The notes beneath the pieces are model-generated. The model was not told the DNA's origin. It made no database searches and saw only the letters and a program-made list of their open reading frames with translations. The translations under genes and the position numbers were made by a program. A DNA stretch of 64,000 nt from an uncultured bacterium (GTDB lineage: Bacteria; SAR324; NAC60-12), in assembly GCA_965662235.1 (NCBI GenBank), contig CBFIGY010000001.1, positions 96,001 through 160,000 on the forward strand, given 5' to 3'. The first letter of the stretch is position 1. Every line of letters begins with the position of its first letter. Positions 48,082 through 57,460 of the stretch are shown in pieces.

Positions 48082-49577
48082 GCGGCCTCTTGGGTGAGGG
48101 AGGCACGGAAGGCGGTGAGCCCCTTGCCCATGCGCTGCATTCCTTCGTCCAGCTCTTCATCCGTGATCGTCAGAGGCGGCACCAGGCGGACCACATTGGG
48201 TCCAGCCACCAGCACCAGCACCCCCTGCAGGCGACACTGCTCGACGATCTCACCGGCGCGTCCGGCATAATCCGGATGCAGCACCGCGCCCAGCATCAGG
48301 CCGCGTCCCCGGACTTCCTGAAAGAGTTGGTGTTCCTGGTTCAGGTCTTCCAAATGGGCCCGGAACCGCACTCCCTGCTTACGAACGTGCTCCAGCAAAT
48401 CCGGACGTTTGAGTTTGCGGACGGCTGCCACAGCGACCGCCGCTGCAACCGGATTGCCGCCGAAGGTGGTGCCGTGATCTCCCACCTGAAACGCCTGCGC
48501 CACTGACTCTGTGCAGAGCATGGCTCCAATGGGCAGGCCGCCTCCCATGGCCTTGGCAACCGTCATCACATCCGGAGTCACCTCTGCTTCCCACTGGTGG
48601 GCAAACAGCTTCGCCGTCCGTCCCATTCCGCACTGGATCTCATCGAAGATCAGCAACGCACCGTGCTGGTCACAGAGCTCACGCAGGTGTTTGAGGAATC
48701 CTGGAGCCGCTGGCATCACGCCACCTTCGCCCTGAATGGGCTCCACCAGAACCGCACAGGTGGCCGCACCAATGGTTTCAGCAGCAGCATCCCAGTCGTT
48801 GAAGGCACAGTAGCGGAAGCCGCCGGGCAGCGGCTCATAGCCCTGCTGGTACTTCGGCTGCGCGGTGGCCGTAACCGTTGCCAGGGTACGCCCATGAAAG
48901 GACCCCTGAAAGGTCACAATCTCCCGCTTCTCAGGCGGATGGTGCTGGCTGGCCCACTTCCGGACAATTTTGATGGCGGCTTCATTGGCCTCAGCTCCCG
49001 AATTGCAGAAGAACACCCGGTCGGCAAAGCTGTTTTCCGTCAGCAGTTCCGCCAGTTCCACAGCCGGCGCCGTCAGGTACAGGTTGCTGGTGTGCCAGAG
49101 CTTCCCGGCCTGCTCCTGCAACGCCGCCAGCAGTTCCGGATCCTGATGTCCCAGGCTGTTGACCGCAATTCCAGAGCCGAAATCGAGGTACTCATTGCCC
49201 TCCACGTCCCACAACCGGGCCCCCAGGCCGTGGTCCATGACCATCGGTTTGGGAGCATAGGTGGGCACCAGGGTGCTTTGGGCATGCGCGGCCACAGTGG
49301 CGCTGTCAAGGGGAGCAGACGGAGACACAGCTGAATCCTTTTCTTCAAAAACTTCACTAAAGGAGAGCAGGCGCTCTCGATTACGCACCACAAACTCCGT
49401 AAACGCCTCTTCGCTCACGGCCACCTGTAGGAGTCGGGGAAGGTAACGGTGTACCTGACGGACGGACGTCCGCAGGACTTCTTCGTTGCGCAGAGCGTTC
49501 AGGGGAAGGGTGCCGAGCCGTTCCCGAAACAGTTCCCGGAGTCGGGGAAGCTGCTCTTCCAGTAGCGAGGAGATCAT
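48078..49577 (-). CDS. argD: Acetylornithine aminotransferase with an extra ~80 aa N-terminal domain
   Basis: NSGAEANEAA, SFHGRT, EPIQGEGG, DEIQCG, AKAMGGG, HGTTFGGNP; alternative internal start at GTG 49328. Confidence 0.9.
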   Translation of the reverse strand: MISSLLEEQLPRLRELFRERLGTLPLNALRNEEVLRTSVRQVHRYLPRLLQVAVSEEAFTEFVVRNRERLLSFSEVFEEKDSAVSPSAPLDSATVAAHAQSTLVPTYAPKPMVMDHGLGARLWDVEGNEYLDFGSGIAVNSLGHQDPELLAALQEQAGKLWHTSNLYLTAPAVELAELLTENSFADRVFFCNSGAEANEAAIKIVRKWASQHHPPEKREIVTFQGSFHGRTLATVTATAQPKYQQGYEPLPGGFRYCAFNDWDAAAETIGAATCAVLVEPIQGEGGVMPAAPGFLKHLRELCDQHGALLIFDEIQCGMGRTAKLFAHQWEAEVTPDVMTVAKAMGGGLPIGAMLCTESVAQAFQVGDHGTTFGGNPVAAAVAVAAVRKLKRPDLLEHVRKQGVRFRAHLEDLNQEHQLFQEVRGRGLMLGAVLHPDYAGRAGEIVEQCRLQGVLVLVAGPNVVRLVPPLTITDEELDEGMQRMGKGLTAFRASLTQEAA

Positions 49578-49666
49578 GATCACCTAAAAGGGTTGGGAAA
49601 CCGTCCCGTATCAAAAACGCTCCATCCTATCACAGAACCCGGCCCAGCGTCACGCCTGAATCCGTG

Positions 49667-51298
49667 TCAACCCCGATCCCGCAGCACCCGGCGCATCACC
49701 TTCCCTGTGGTGGTCAGAGGAAACTCGTCTAGGAACTCAATCTGACGCGGATACTCATGAGCCGCCAGACGCGTCCGGACCCACGCCTGAACCTCCTGCT
49801 CTAGCTCCGGACTCGGGGCAACGCCTGGCTTCAGCTTCAAGAAGGCCTTCACCACGTGCCCCCTGAGCTCGTCCGGAACCCCCACAGCCGCCGCCAGCGC
49901 CACCGCCGGGTGCCGCAGCAGCTGGTCCTCGATCTCCGCTGGACCAATCCGGTAGCCGGCGCTGGTGATGACGTCGTCGATTCTTCCGGAAAACCAGAGG
50001 TTGCCGTCTTCATCCATGGTGCCTTCGTCTCCACTCCGGGCCCAGTCTCCAGCAAACTTCTGACGCGTTCCCGCCTCGTTGTTCCAGTAGCGGAGGAAGA
50101 ACACGGGGTCACCAGGACGGTAAAAGGCAATTTCCCCTGAGTGCCCCGGGGGCAGCACCTGTCCCTCGGCATCAAGAATGGCTGCGGTGTGTCCGGGATA
50201 CGGGCGCCCCATGCTCCCGGGTTTGGCGGGCAGGAGCCGTTGGCAGTTGCCGACAAAGTAGTTGACCTCTGTTTGTCCATACATCTCGTTGATGCGGACG
50301 CCCAGCGCCTCCTCGCCCCACGCCAGCATCTCCTCGCCCAGGGGCTCACCGGCACTCATGATGGAGCGCAGGTCAAAGCCGTGACGGGCCCGGAGGTTGG
50401 GCTCCTGACGCATGAACTTCAGGGCCGTGGGAGGCAGAAAGACGTTCCGGACTCGGTGACGGGCCATCAGCGCTGCCGCCTGATCAGGGTCAAACTTCCG
50501 GAAACGCGATGCCAGCACAGGGCGTCCATGAAACCACGAGCACAGGAGGATGTTGGCCAACCCTCCGATCCAGGCCCAATCTGCAGGAGTCCAGAAGCAG
50601 TCATCTGCCTGAGGAGCCAGGTCGTGCGAAAGCTCCCAGCCGGTCATGTGTCCCAGCAGCACCCGGTGGGCATGCAGGGCGCCTTTGGGATTCCCGGTGG
50701 TGCCAGAGGTGTAGATGATCCAGCAGGGGTCGTTTGAATGAGTCAATCGCGTTTCATAGCGATCAGACGCCTGAGCCAAGAGGTTGGACCAGCTGTGCTC
50801 CTCAGCCGTCACGTCGGCATCCACCTGAATCCGCAGGCGGAGGTCCGGGAGCTCAGGGGCAATCTCTTCCAGCTTCTCCCGGTTTTCGGCATCGGAAATC
50901 ACCGCTGCGGCGCCAGAGTCTTCAAGACGATACCGAAGGGCTTCCGGACCAAACAGGTTGGCCAGGGGCAACGCAACCGCGCCTAGCTTATAGAGCGCAA
51001 TGTGCGCAATGGCCGTTTCCGGACGCTGGGGCAGCACCAGCCCCACCCGTTCTCCTGGCTGGAGGCCTAGGCCCTCCAGAGCGTTGGCAAGGCGATTGGC
51101 CGCCTGCTGAATGTCCCGGAAGCTCCAGCGTTCCACAGCTCCGGACTCCGTGACATAAAGCAGCGCCAGCGAATCGGAGGCGGTGGCGTGTCGGTCGCAG
51201 CAGGCCCACGCCAAGTTGAAATGTTCTGGGACCTTCCACTGAAATGAGGAGCGGATGGAGTCCCAGCTGGGAGCTGCTCCTGGTTGAATGAGCCTCAT
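49667..51298 (-). CDS. Acyl-CoA synthetase (ACSM/acetate-CoA ligase-like)
   Basis: YTSGTTGNPKG, YGQTE, SGD, GRIDDVITSAGYRIGP, TTTGK; GGAGG SD. Confidence 0.92.
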   Translation of the reverse strand: MRLIQPGAAPSWDSIRSSFQWKVPEHFNLAWACCDRHATASDSLALLYVTESGAVERWSFRDIQQAANRLANALEGLGLQPGERVGLVLPQRPETAIAHIALYKLGAVALPLANLFGPEALRYRLEDSGAAAVISDAENREKLEEIAPELPDLRLRIQVDADVTAEEHSWSNLLAQASDRYETRLTHSNDPCWIIYTSGTTGNPKGALHAHRVLLGHMTGWELSHDLAPQADDCFWTPADWAWIGGLANILLCSWFHGRPVLASRFRKFDPDQAAALMARHRVRNVFLPPTALKFMRQEPNLRARHGFDLRSIMSAGEPLGEEMLAWGEEALGVRINEMYGQTEVNYFVGNCQRLLPAKPGSMGRPYPGHTAAILDAEGQVLPPGHSGEIAFYRPGDPVFFLRYWNNEAGTRQKFAGDWARSGDEGTMDEDGNLWFSGRIDDVITSAGYRIGPAEIEDQLLRHPAVALAAAVGVPDELRGHVVKAFLKLKPGVAPSPELEQEVQAWVRTRLAAHEYPRQIEFLDEFPLTTTGKVMRRVLRDRG

Positions 51299-51460
51299 AA
51301 ACCTCCGTTGAAATCGACGCCAGGAGGGCCGATGACGGGGCTGCCTCCCGTGAAAAATCCAAGCCTATCACGAATGTGGCCCAGAGAACACGTCAGGCTG
51401 CCTTTCCGGGAAGTGCTGGTCGTGGGGGAGCCTGGCGCTCCCAAGCGTTTTGAAGATACG

Positions 51461-52903
51461 TCAGACGGAGGAGGTCCGGGTACGGAGGTGGAGGATCACG
51501 CAGAGGCCGGGGTGGTTGTCGGTCAAGGTGAGGTGTCCGCCGTGCAGGTTCACAATCGCCTGCACCAGGCTGAGGCCCAAGCCGGCCCCTGGACGATAGC
51601 GACTTTGATCCAACCGATAGAAGCGCTGGAGCACCTTCTCTCGCTCAGCCTCCGGAATGCCGGGCCCGTTGTCCCTGACCGCCAGCTGAACGGCTTCCCC
51701 GTGCTGCGTGATGTGGATTTCGACCTGAGCCGGTGGGGTCGTGTGCAGCAGTGCATTGTTGACCAGGTTGACCAATCCCTGAGCCAGCAGTCCTGCGTCG
51801 CCGTCCACCCAAACGGGCACCGGAGGGGAACTGAAGTGCAGCCCGTGCCCCATTTCTTCAGCCACCGGAGAGAGCATTTCATGGATGTCGTGCCCGACCT
51901 CACAGAGGTCAACCGGCGTGGTTTCCAGAACCAAGGCGCCTGTTTCCATCTGAGAGAGCTGCAGGATGGCCTCAAAGCTAACGGCCATCTGCCTGAGGCT
52001 GTCGAGCGAGGCGACAATGGCCTGCTGAGTTTCCTCGGGCAGATCGGTCCGGAGTGCCTGAGGCTCAAGGCGCAGGCGGAGTCGAGTCAAGGGAGACCGC
52101 AGGTCGTGGGCGATGTCAGCAGACACCTGAGCAAGGCGCTCCACGTTGGCTTCCAGGCGTTCAAACATCTGGTTGAGTCCAGCGCCCACCTGTCCCAAAT
52201 CGTCAGCCACCGGCTTCTCTTCTCGGTAGCGGGCCTTGAAGTCACCGGATGCCACTGCAGCAAGAACCTGGTTGAGCTGTGCAACCCGGCGGGCGTCTCG
52301 ACGAGCCATGGCAAACGCCGGAATCATCGTCAGCAGGAAGGCGGCGCCTAGGCCCCAGGCGAGGAATTGCACCACCACCTGCTGACTCCTGACCACCCGT
52401 TGCCGGTCACGAGCCACCACGATCATGCCCTGGGGGGTCTGCACTCCCAGCACGAGGTAGGTTTCCTCGTCGTCGCTGCCCCGCTCAGAGTCCGTTTCTG
52501 GCTCCGCCACTCCGTTGGCCGTCTCTGCCATGCCAAAGTCCTGACCGGGCGTGAGGATGCGGACTCCGGAGAAGGGACGGATCCAGGCGATGTCTCCCAC
52601 AGACGTGCCTCCTGTGGGAGCAAAGAAGTACAGGGTCTCATGAGAGTCATTGATCTCGCTGAGGGCCTGGATGTACCGAGACAGCGCCTCTGGCCCGGAT
52701 TTCTGCAGATTCGCCTCCAGTCCATTCGCCAGAGCCTGTGCGTCTTCAACGAGGCGCTGCTCCAGTTCGTTTCCAAGAATCGACCCAGATGCCATCCCGG
52801 CCAAGAGTCCGGTTCCGCTGAACAGGCAGGAAAGCAAAAGGGCCAGGCGGAGGGCAGAGGAGGTCCGGACCTGCCTCCAGATCCGGAAGGGGGTCTGCGA
52901 CAT
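51461..52903 (-). CDS. Membrane sensor histidine kinase (HAMP-HisKA-HATPase)
   Basis: Two TM helices; IAHDLRSPLTRL; NLVNNA, DNGPG, RFYR, GAGLGL. Confidence 0.93.
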   Translation of the reverse strand: MSQTPFRIWRQVRTSSALRLALLLSCLFSGTGLLAGMASGSILGNELEQRLVEDAQALANGLEANLQKSGPEALSRYIQALSEINDSHETLYFFAPTGGTSVGDIAWIRPFSGVRILTPGQDFGMAETANGVAEPETDSERGSDDEETYLVLGVQTPQGMIVVARDRQRVVRSQQVVVQFLAWGLGAAFLLTMIPAFAMARRDARRVAQLNQVLAAVASGDFKARYREEKPVADDLGQVGAGLNQMFERLEANVERLAQVSADIAHDLRSPLTRLRLRLEPQALRTDLPEETQQAIVASLDSLRQMAVSFEAILQLSQMETGALVLETTPVDLCEVGHDIHEMLSPVAEEMGHGLHFSSPPVPVWVDGDAGLLAQGLVNLVNNALLHTTPPAQVEIHITQHGEAVQLAVRDNGPGIPEAEREKVLQRFYRLDQSRYRPGAGLGLSLVQAIVNLHGGHLTLTDNHPGLCVILHLRTRTSSV

Positions 52904-53574
52904 CACGGCTCCAGCACGTACCCCACGCCATAGAGCGTCTTCAGGAGCGGGGGATCAAAGGGTTTGTCAATCTTGTTGCGGAGCCGACTGATGTGGGTTT
53001 CCACAACACTGGTCTGAGGATCGAAGTGAATGCCCCAGACGGCATCCAGCAGCATGGTCTTGGTCTGAATGCGGCCTGGGTGTTCCATGAACAGCTTGAG
53101 CATGAGGAACTCCTTGGGGTGCAGCTCAATCCGGACGCCTTCTCGCACAGCCGTGCGTGCCATGAGGTCCAGGTGCAGCGGCCCCACTGTGAGCTCGGTG
53201 ACTTCCTTTTGCAGCTTGGGACGGCGGGCAATGGTGGCAATGCGGGCAGAGAGTTCTACCATGGCAAAGGGTTTGACGATGTAGTCGTCTGCCCCGGCCT
53301 TCAGGCCCTCCACCCGGTCGTGCACACTTCCCAGAGCGGTCAAAAAGATGATGGGCACTTCCACCTGAGCCAGCCGGAGGGACTTGACCAGCGAGAGCCC
53401 ATCCAGTTCCGGCATCATGCGGTCAATGATCAGCAGATCATAGTCTCCGTTTGACACCTGCACCAGCGCTTCACGACCACTGACCACATGATCCACCAGG
53501 TGCCCTTCTTCCGCGAGTCCCTTGCGAATGAAACTCCCGGTTTCGTGGTCGTCTTCAGCCACCAAAATCTTCAT
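52903..53574 (-). CDS. OmpR-family response regulator (CusR/CopR-like)
   Basis: MKILVAEDD, IDRMMP, GADDYIVKPF, VWGIHFDPQTSVVETHISRLR. Confidence 0.93.
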   Translation of the reverse strand: MKILVAEDDHETGSFIRKGLAEEGHLVDHVVSGREALVQVSNGDYDLLIIDRMMPELDGLSLVKSLRLAQVEVPIIFLTALGSVHDRVEGLKAGADDYIVKPFAMVELSARIATIARRPKLQKEVTELTVGPLHLDLMARTAVREGVRIELHPKEFLMLKLFMEHPGRIQTKTMLLDAVWGIHFDPQTSVVETHISRLRNKIDKPFDPPLLKTLYGVGYVLEP

Positions 53575-53658
53575 GAGGCGTTTCCTTGCTGCCAATGGTC
53601 CCTTCTGAATTGCCTCCAGCAAAGGGGGGCTTCAGAAGGGGGAGGGGTTCATCCGGGG

Positions 53659-54288
53659 TCAGTCTGCGACCTCTGATCCCCCAGCGTCCTTGTCAATTTC
53701 CACCGTCACTGGCGCAAATCCGGCGACCTGCAACTCCACCGTGAAGCGCTTGGCGGCCTGGCTGGTGGCATAGATTGAGTTGGGGTTGGCCCGGAAGTGT
53801 CCAGGAAGCTGACCTTCATCGAAGTGCAGCCGAGCGGTTCCTTGAGCCGGCACGGTGAACCCGGAAAGCTGCTTATGGTAAGCCTCGGTTTCTCCATTGT
53901 CCATGTCGGTGATGGTGTAGTAGATGGAGAAATCCGTCAGAGGGGTGGATTGAGAATTGACGACCTGCAGCTCTAGGTGGTCGGAAACGTCTTTGCGGGC
54001 AACCGGGTCATAGTTGTTTTCCACCAGGGCTTCTTCAATGCGGAAGGGAGCCGGCTGTCCACCCGGTTGCGGAGCAGGTGCCGCAAAGGCTGCCTGATCG
54101 TCTTTGAGGTCTCCAACACCATCTCCATCGGTGTCGGGTTGCAGTGGATCGGCGTGCATCAGCGCCTCAGCCGAATCCGGGATGCCGTCTCCATCGGTGT
54201 CTAGGGCAGCCCAGGCAGGAGCCGCTGTTCCCAGAGCTAGGGCGAGCAGAGCGGAAACAAATGGGGTCTTGTTTGAGAACTTCAACAT
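53659..54288 (-). CDS. Secreted protein with two DxDxDG (TSP3-like) Ca-binding repeats
   Basis: Signal peptide ending AWA; DTDGDGIPD and DTDGDGVGD; beta-rich C-terminal domain. Confidence 0.75.
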   Translation of the reverse strand: MLKFSNKTPFVSALLALALGTAAPAWAALDTDGDGIPDSAEALMHADPLQPDTDGDGVGDLKDDQAAFAAPAPQPGGQPAPFRIEEALVENNYDPVARKDVSDHLELQVVNSQSTPLTDFSIYYTITDMDNGETEAYHKQLSGFTVPAQGTARLHFDEGQLPGHFRANPNSIYATSQAAKRFTVELQVAGFAPVTVEIDKDAGGSEVAD

Positions 54289-54292
54289 GAGT

Positions 54293-55282
54293 CTATTCCT
54301 GTGAAAGTCGAGTGGGGTTGAGAGGATGAACGAGCAAAAGGAGCGTCCACCCGAGGGAAGTGAAAAAGATCCAGAAAAAATCCCCCTGTTTTTCGGTTAG
54401 GATCGGACCGAGGGGCTTGCCGGCATAGGAATCCTTGATTCCCAGAACGGCGAAGGAGAAGCGTTCAAAGTGTTTGGTCAGAGAGGAAGCCTCAATGCCA
54501 TTCCGGATGGTTTCAAAGGAGGCGTAGCCCTTCATGATGCGGTCCTGTGCCGGCTTGGGCACATTCAGCTGCTGGAAGACACCGCCTGCCACCTGATTGT
54601 CCGGATCCAGCGTGTCACCGATCTGAGGCGCAATCAGGACCACCAGCAGCCAGGCCATGAACGCGATCAACAAAGCATGGGCCGGACGCCGCACCCAGAG
54701 GGTCAGCACAAAGGTGAAGCTGTAGAAGGCCAGGACGTAGCACGAAGCCACTCCCCAGACGAGCGTGATCCGGAGCACGTCATCAGCACTCAGGCCCACT
54801 CCGGAAATCAACTGCAGCATCAAAGTCGCCAAGGCAAACACCACAAAGAAGCCTCCGGACAGCAACAGAACGCCGGCCAAGTACTTCCCAGCTAGAAACT
54901 GCCACCGCTGGAGCGGACGCGTCAGGATCAGCGCAAGCGTCTGACGTCCCCGTTCGCTGGCCGCCGTCCGGAACCCGGACAAAATTCCCAGCACGGCACC
55001 TAGGATTTCAATCTGCTCAATCGCCCCACGCAGGAGCTTCAGCGGGTGAAAATCAGGTGCGGTGATGGCGTCCAGCGACTTGCCTAGGGCCAGCAAGGTG
55101 GTTCGTGCTTCCTGATAAGCCGCCACCTCAGCAGCCAGCGCCAGGGCTCCAGTGATCAGCGAAACGAGCGTCGCTAGGGCCAAGCAGGCGGTCAGGATCC
55201 CGATGAAACGGTCGCGGCTCGCATCTGAAAGGTCCTTCTGAGCAACGGCTCTGATGGGATGAAGGGAAGCGTTACGCATCAT
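54293..55282 (-). CDS. ABC-2 type exporter permease
   Basis: ASERGRQTLALILTRP..GKYL motif; multiple TM helices; GGAGG SD. Confidence 0.85.
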   Translation of the reverse strand: MMRNASLHPIRAVAQKDLSDASRDRFIGILTACLALATLVSLITGALALAAEVAAYQEARTTLLALGKSLDAITAPDFHPLKLLRGAIEQIEILGAVLGILSGFRTAASERGRQTLALILTRPLQRWQFLAGKYLAGVLLLSGGFFVVFALATLMLQLISGVGLSADDVLRITLVWGVASCYVLAFYSFTFVLTLWVRRPAHALLIAFMAWLLVVLIAPQIGDTLDPDNQVAGGVFQQLNVPKPAQDRIMKGYASFETIRNGIEASSLTKHFERFSFAVLGIKDSYAGKPLGPILTEKQGDFFWIFFTSLGWTLLLLVHPLNPTRLSQE

Positions 55283-56231
55283 AACCTCCTTGGGTTCGGT
55301 CCAGCATGTTCACCGAGCGAACCGCATACAGCGTCACAAGGGTCAGCGCTAGGAGCAGACTCGGTAGCGGTGGAATCCACGCCTGCACCGGAACTCCGGA
55401 AGGCAGGTAACCGAGCAACTTGGCAGAGAGGTACTTGAAGCTCTCGGCAATGGACACCGAACCAACCAGCGCCCCCGTCCAGTGAAAGAACGGAGCGTCC
55501 GGAGGCAGAGCAAGCGCCGAGATGGGGTTGATCGCTGCGGTAGGGTGCACATTGGCCGTCAGCGAAGGAAAGATAAAGGTCACCGTCAGCCAGACTGTCA
55601 CCGGAACCAACAGCCCTACTGATTCGGAACGCCCTCTGGCAGCCACTCCCAAAGCCAACAGCCCGAAGAGCAACTGGTAGCCGTAGGCCAGCCCCAGAAA
55701 GAGAGCAAGGTGCCCCCAGTCGGCTGGAGACAAGCGGACTTGAGGCAGCAGCAAAAACGTCCCAGCCGCAATCACCGAAGCCACTCCCATGAGCATTCCT
55801 TCGGCTCCCACCAGGGCGACCACCTTCCCCAGCGTGTACTCACGAGGCGCCAGGGGGCGGGATCCAATCAGAGGCAGGACCGATGACTTGCGGTCCATTG
55901 CCACCAGCTGGTGTCCAATGACAATGGAGGCAAGAGCCCCAATCAAGCTGACGTAGATCGCCAGGTTCCGCATCAGCCCCAACGCCGACTGCTCCTGTAC
56001 CGGGTTGGGCGGAAGGGGTTGCCCCTGCGCGCTCAGGTACCCGATGGCGTCATGGTAGATCCGGTTGACCGTGTCGGTCGCCGACCAGCCTAGGTACGCC
56101 GATACCAGCACCAGCAGCACAAAGAGAACCGCCAGCAGCAGCACCGTGCGGTCCCGTAGCACCTCCAACAGGGACTGCTGGGCGATCGTCCAGGCCGGTT
56201 GTGGACGGGACCGGTTCAGCAGAAGTTTCAT
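55272..56231 (-). CDS. ABC-2 type exporter permease
   Basis: DRKSSVLPLIGSRP...GK motif; multiple TM helices. Confidence 0.85.
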   Translation of the reverse strand: MKLLLNRSRPQPAWTIAQQSLLEVLRDRTVLLLAVLFVLLVLVSAYLGWSATDTVNRIYHDAIGYLSAQGQPLPPNPVQEQSALGLMRNLAIYVSLIGALASIVIGHQLVAMDRKSSVLPLIGSRPLAPREYTLGKVVALVGAEGMLMGVASVIAAGTFLLLPQVRLSPADWGHLALFLGLAYGYQLLFGLLALGVAARGRSESVGLLVPVTVWLTVTFIFPSLTANVHPTAAINPISALALPPDAPFFHWTGALVGSVSIAESFKYLSAKLLGYLPSGVPVQAWIPPLPSLLLALTLVTLYAVRSVNMLDRTQGGYDA

Positions 56232-56977
56232 GCGGCCTCCCCGTTTGCAGCAAGGGGAACCACTGAGAGGTAAAGCGCTTCCAGCGCCGAGTCATCGCCA
56301 TACCGCTCCGTCACCTTTTCCAGGGTGTCGTGAAACACCATCTGCCCGTGGTTCAGGACCCCGATTGAGGTGCAGGTCTTGGCAATCTCGGAGATGAGGT
56401 GGGTGTTCATGAAGATCGTCATGCCCCACTCCTGGTTGAGGCGCACAATCAGGCTCCGCAGCGTCTTCATGCCCATCGGGTCCAGCCCGGAAGAAGGCTC
56501 GTCCAAAAACAGCACCTCCGGACGATGCAGAATGGCCTGGGCCAGCCCCACCCGTTGTCGCATGCCCTTGGAAAAGGTTCCCACCCGACGGTCCGCTAGG
56601 TCTTCAATCGCCAGGAACCTCAACGCCTCCTCCACCGAGGCCACCTCGTCTTCCAATCCGGAGAGGCGCGCGAAGAAGGTCAGGTTTTCTCGGGTGGTCA
56701 GGGTATCGTAGAGCCGTACATTCTCCGGGACATACCCAATGGCGCGGCGGACGCTCAGGGGGTCCGCCAAGAGGTCGTGTCCCGCAACCCAAGCCTGCCC
56801 TGAGGCGGGAGCTGCCAACGTTGTCAGCATCTGGATGGTGGTCGTTTTGCCGGCTCCGTTGTGTCCCAAGAACCCGAACACCTCTCCTGCGGCCACAGAA
56901 AAGGTCAGGTTCTTCACCGCCTCAAAGTCCCCAAAAGACTGGCTCAGGCGACGTGTTTCAATCGCAGGTGGTTGCAT
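56228..56977 (-). CDS. ABC exporter ATP-binding protein
   Basis: GHNGAGKTT, FSKGMRQR, LFLDEP, NTH. Confidence 0.93.
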   Translation of the reverse strand: MQPPAIETRRLSQSFGDFEAVKNLTFSVAAGEVFGFLGHNGAGKTTTIQMLTTLAAPASGQAWVAGHDLLADPLSVRRAIGYVPENVRLYDTLTTRENLTFFARLSGLEDEVASVEEALRFLAIEDLADRRVGTFSKGMRQRVGLAQAILHRPEVLFLDEPSSGLDPMGMKTLRSLIVRLNQEWGMTIFMNTHLISEIAKTCTSIGVLNHGQMVFHDTLEKVTERYGDDSALEALYLSVVPLAANGEAA

Positions 56978-57093
56978 GATCAATCCGTTTGTCAAGGGTT
57001 GCTTGCCATCGTGGCAAGGACGCCTGTGTGGCTCCAGTGCCACGCTCTGGTGAGCAGTATGACGCAGGATCTTCTGCACTTTCTGGCAGGATT

Positions 57094-57109
57094 CTTACAC
57101 GTGTGTAAG
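57094..57109. promoter_or_regulatory. Cop-box-like palindrome upstream of the ABC/two-component cluster
   Basis: CTTACA-CGTG-TGTAAG; a second related site TGACA-GAAT-TGTCA at 57229-57242. Confidence 0.5.
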
Positions 57110-57348
57110 CATTGAGTTTCCTCGCCTTTTCGACTCCGGAGGGGGCTCCTTCCCTGAGCTCGTGACAGCGCCCCAGCTTCCTTCCGGAGCCTCCTTTTTT
57201 CGACGGAATCAGGCTGCTCGCTTCCCCCTGACAGAATTGTCACAATTGTCAGAAAACGTATTTATTGTTAACCCATCAAACAAACCCAACTCTTAAAAAA
57301 TAAATTTATCTTCAGTTGTTTATAAAAAATTTTCCGCAACTTCCCTGA

Positions 57349-57364
57349 TGGCAAGCAAGTTGTA
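57349..57364 (+). promoter_or_regulatory. Possible sigma54 promoter of urtA (variant -12)
   Basis: TGGCAAGCAAGTTGTA: good -24 element, TTGT instead of TTGC at -12; preceded by an AT-rich tract. Confidence 0.4.
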
Positions 57365-57460
57365 GCAGAGGGGGTCAAGAGGCGCCCTTGTGATTTTTGT
57401 TTGGGGGAGCAGAGCACAGGGTGTCCTCTTCTTGCTCATCCTCATTACTCAAGGAATTTC

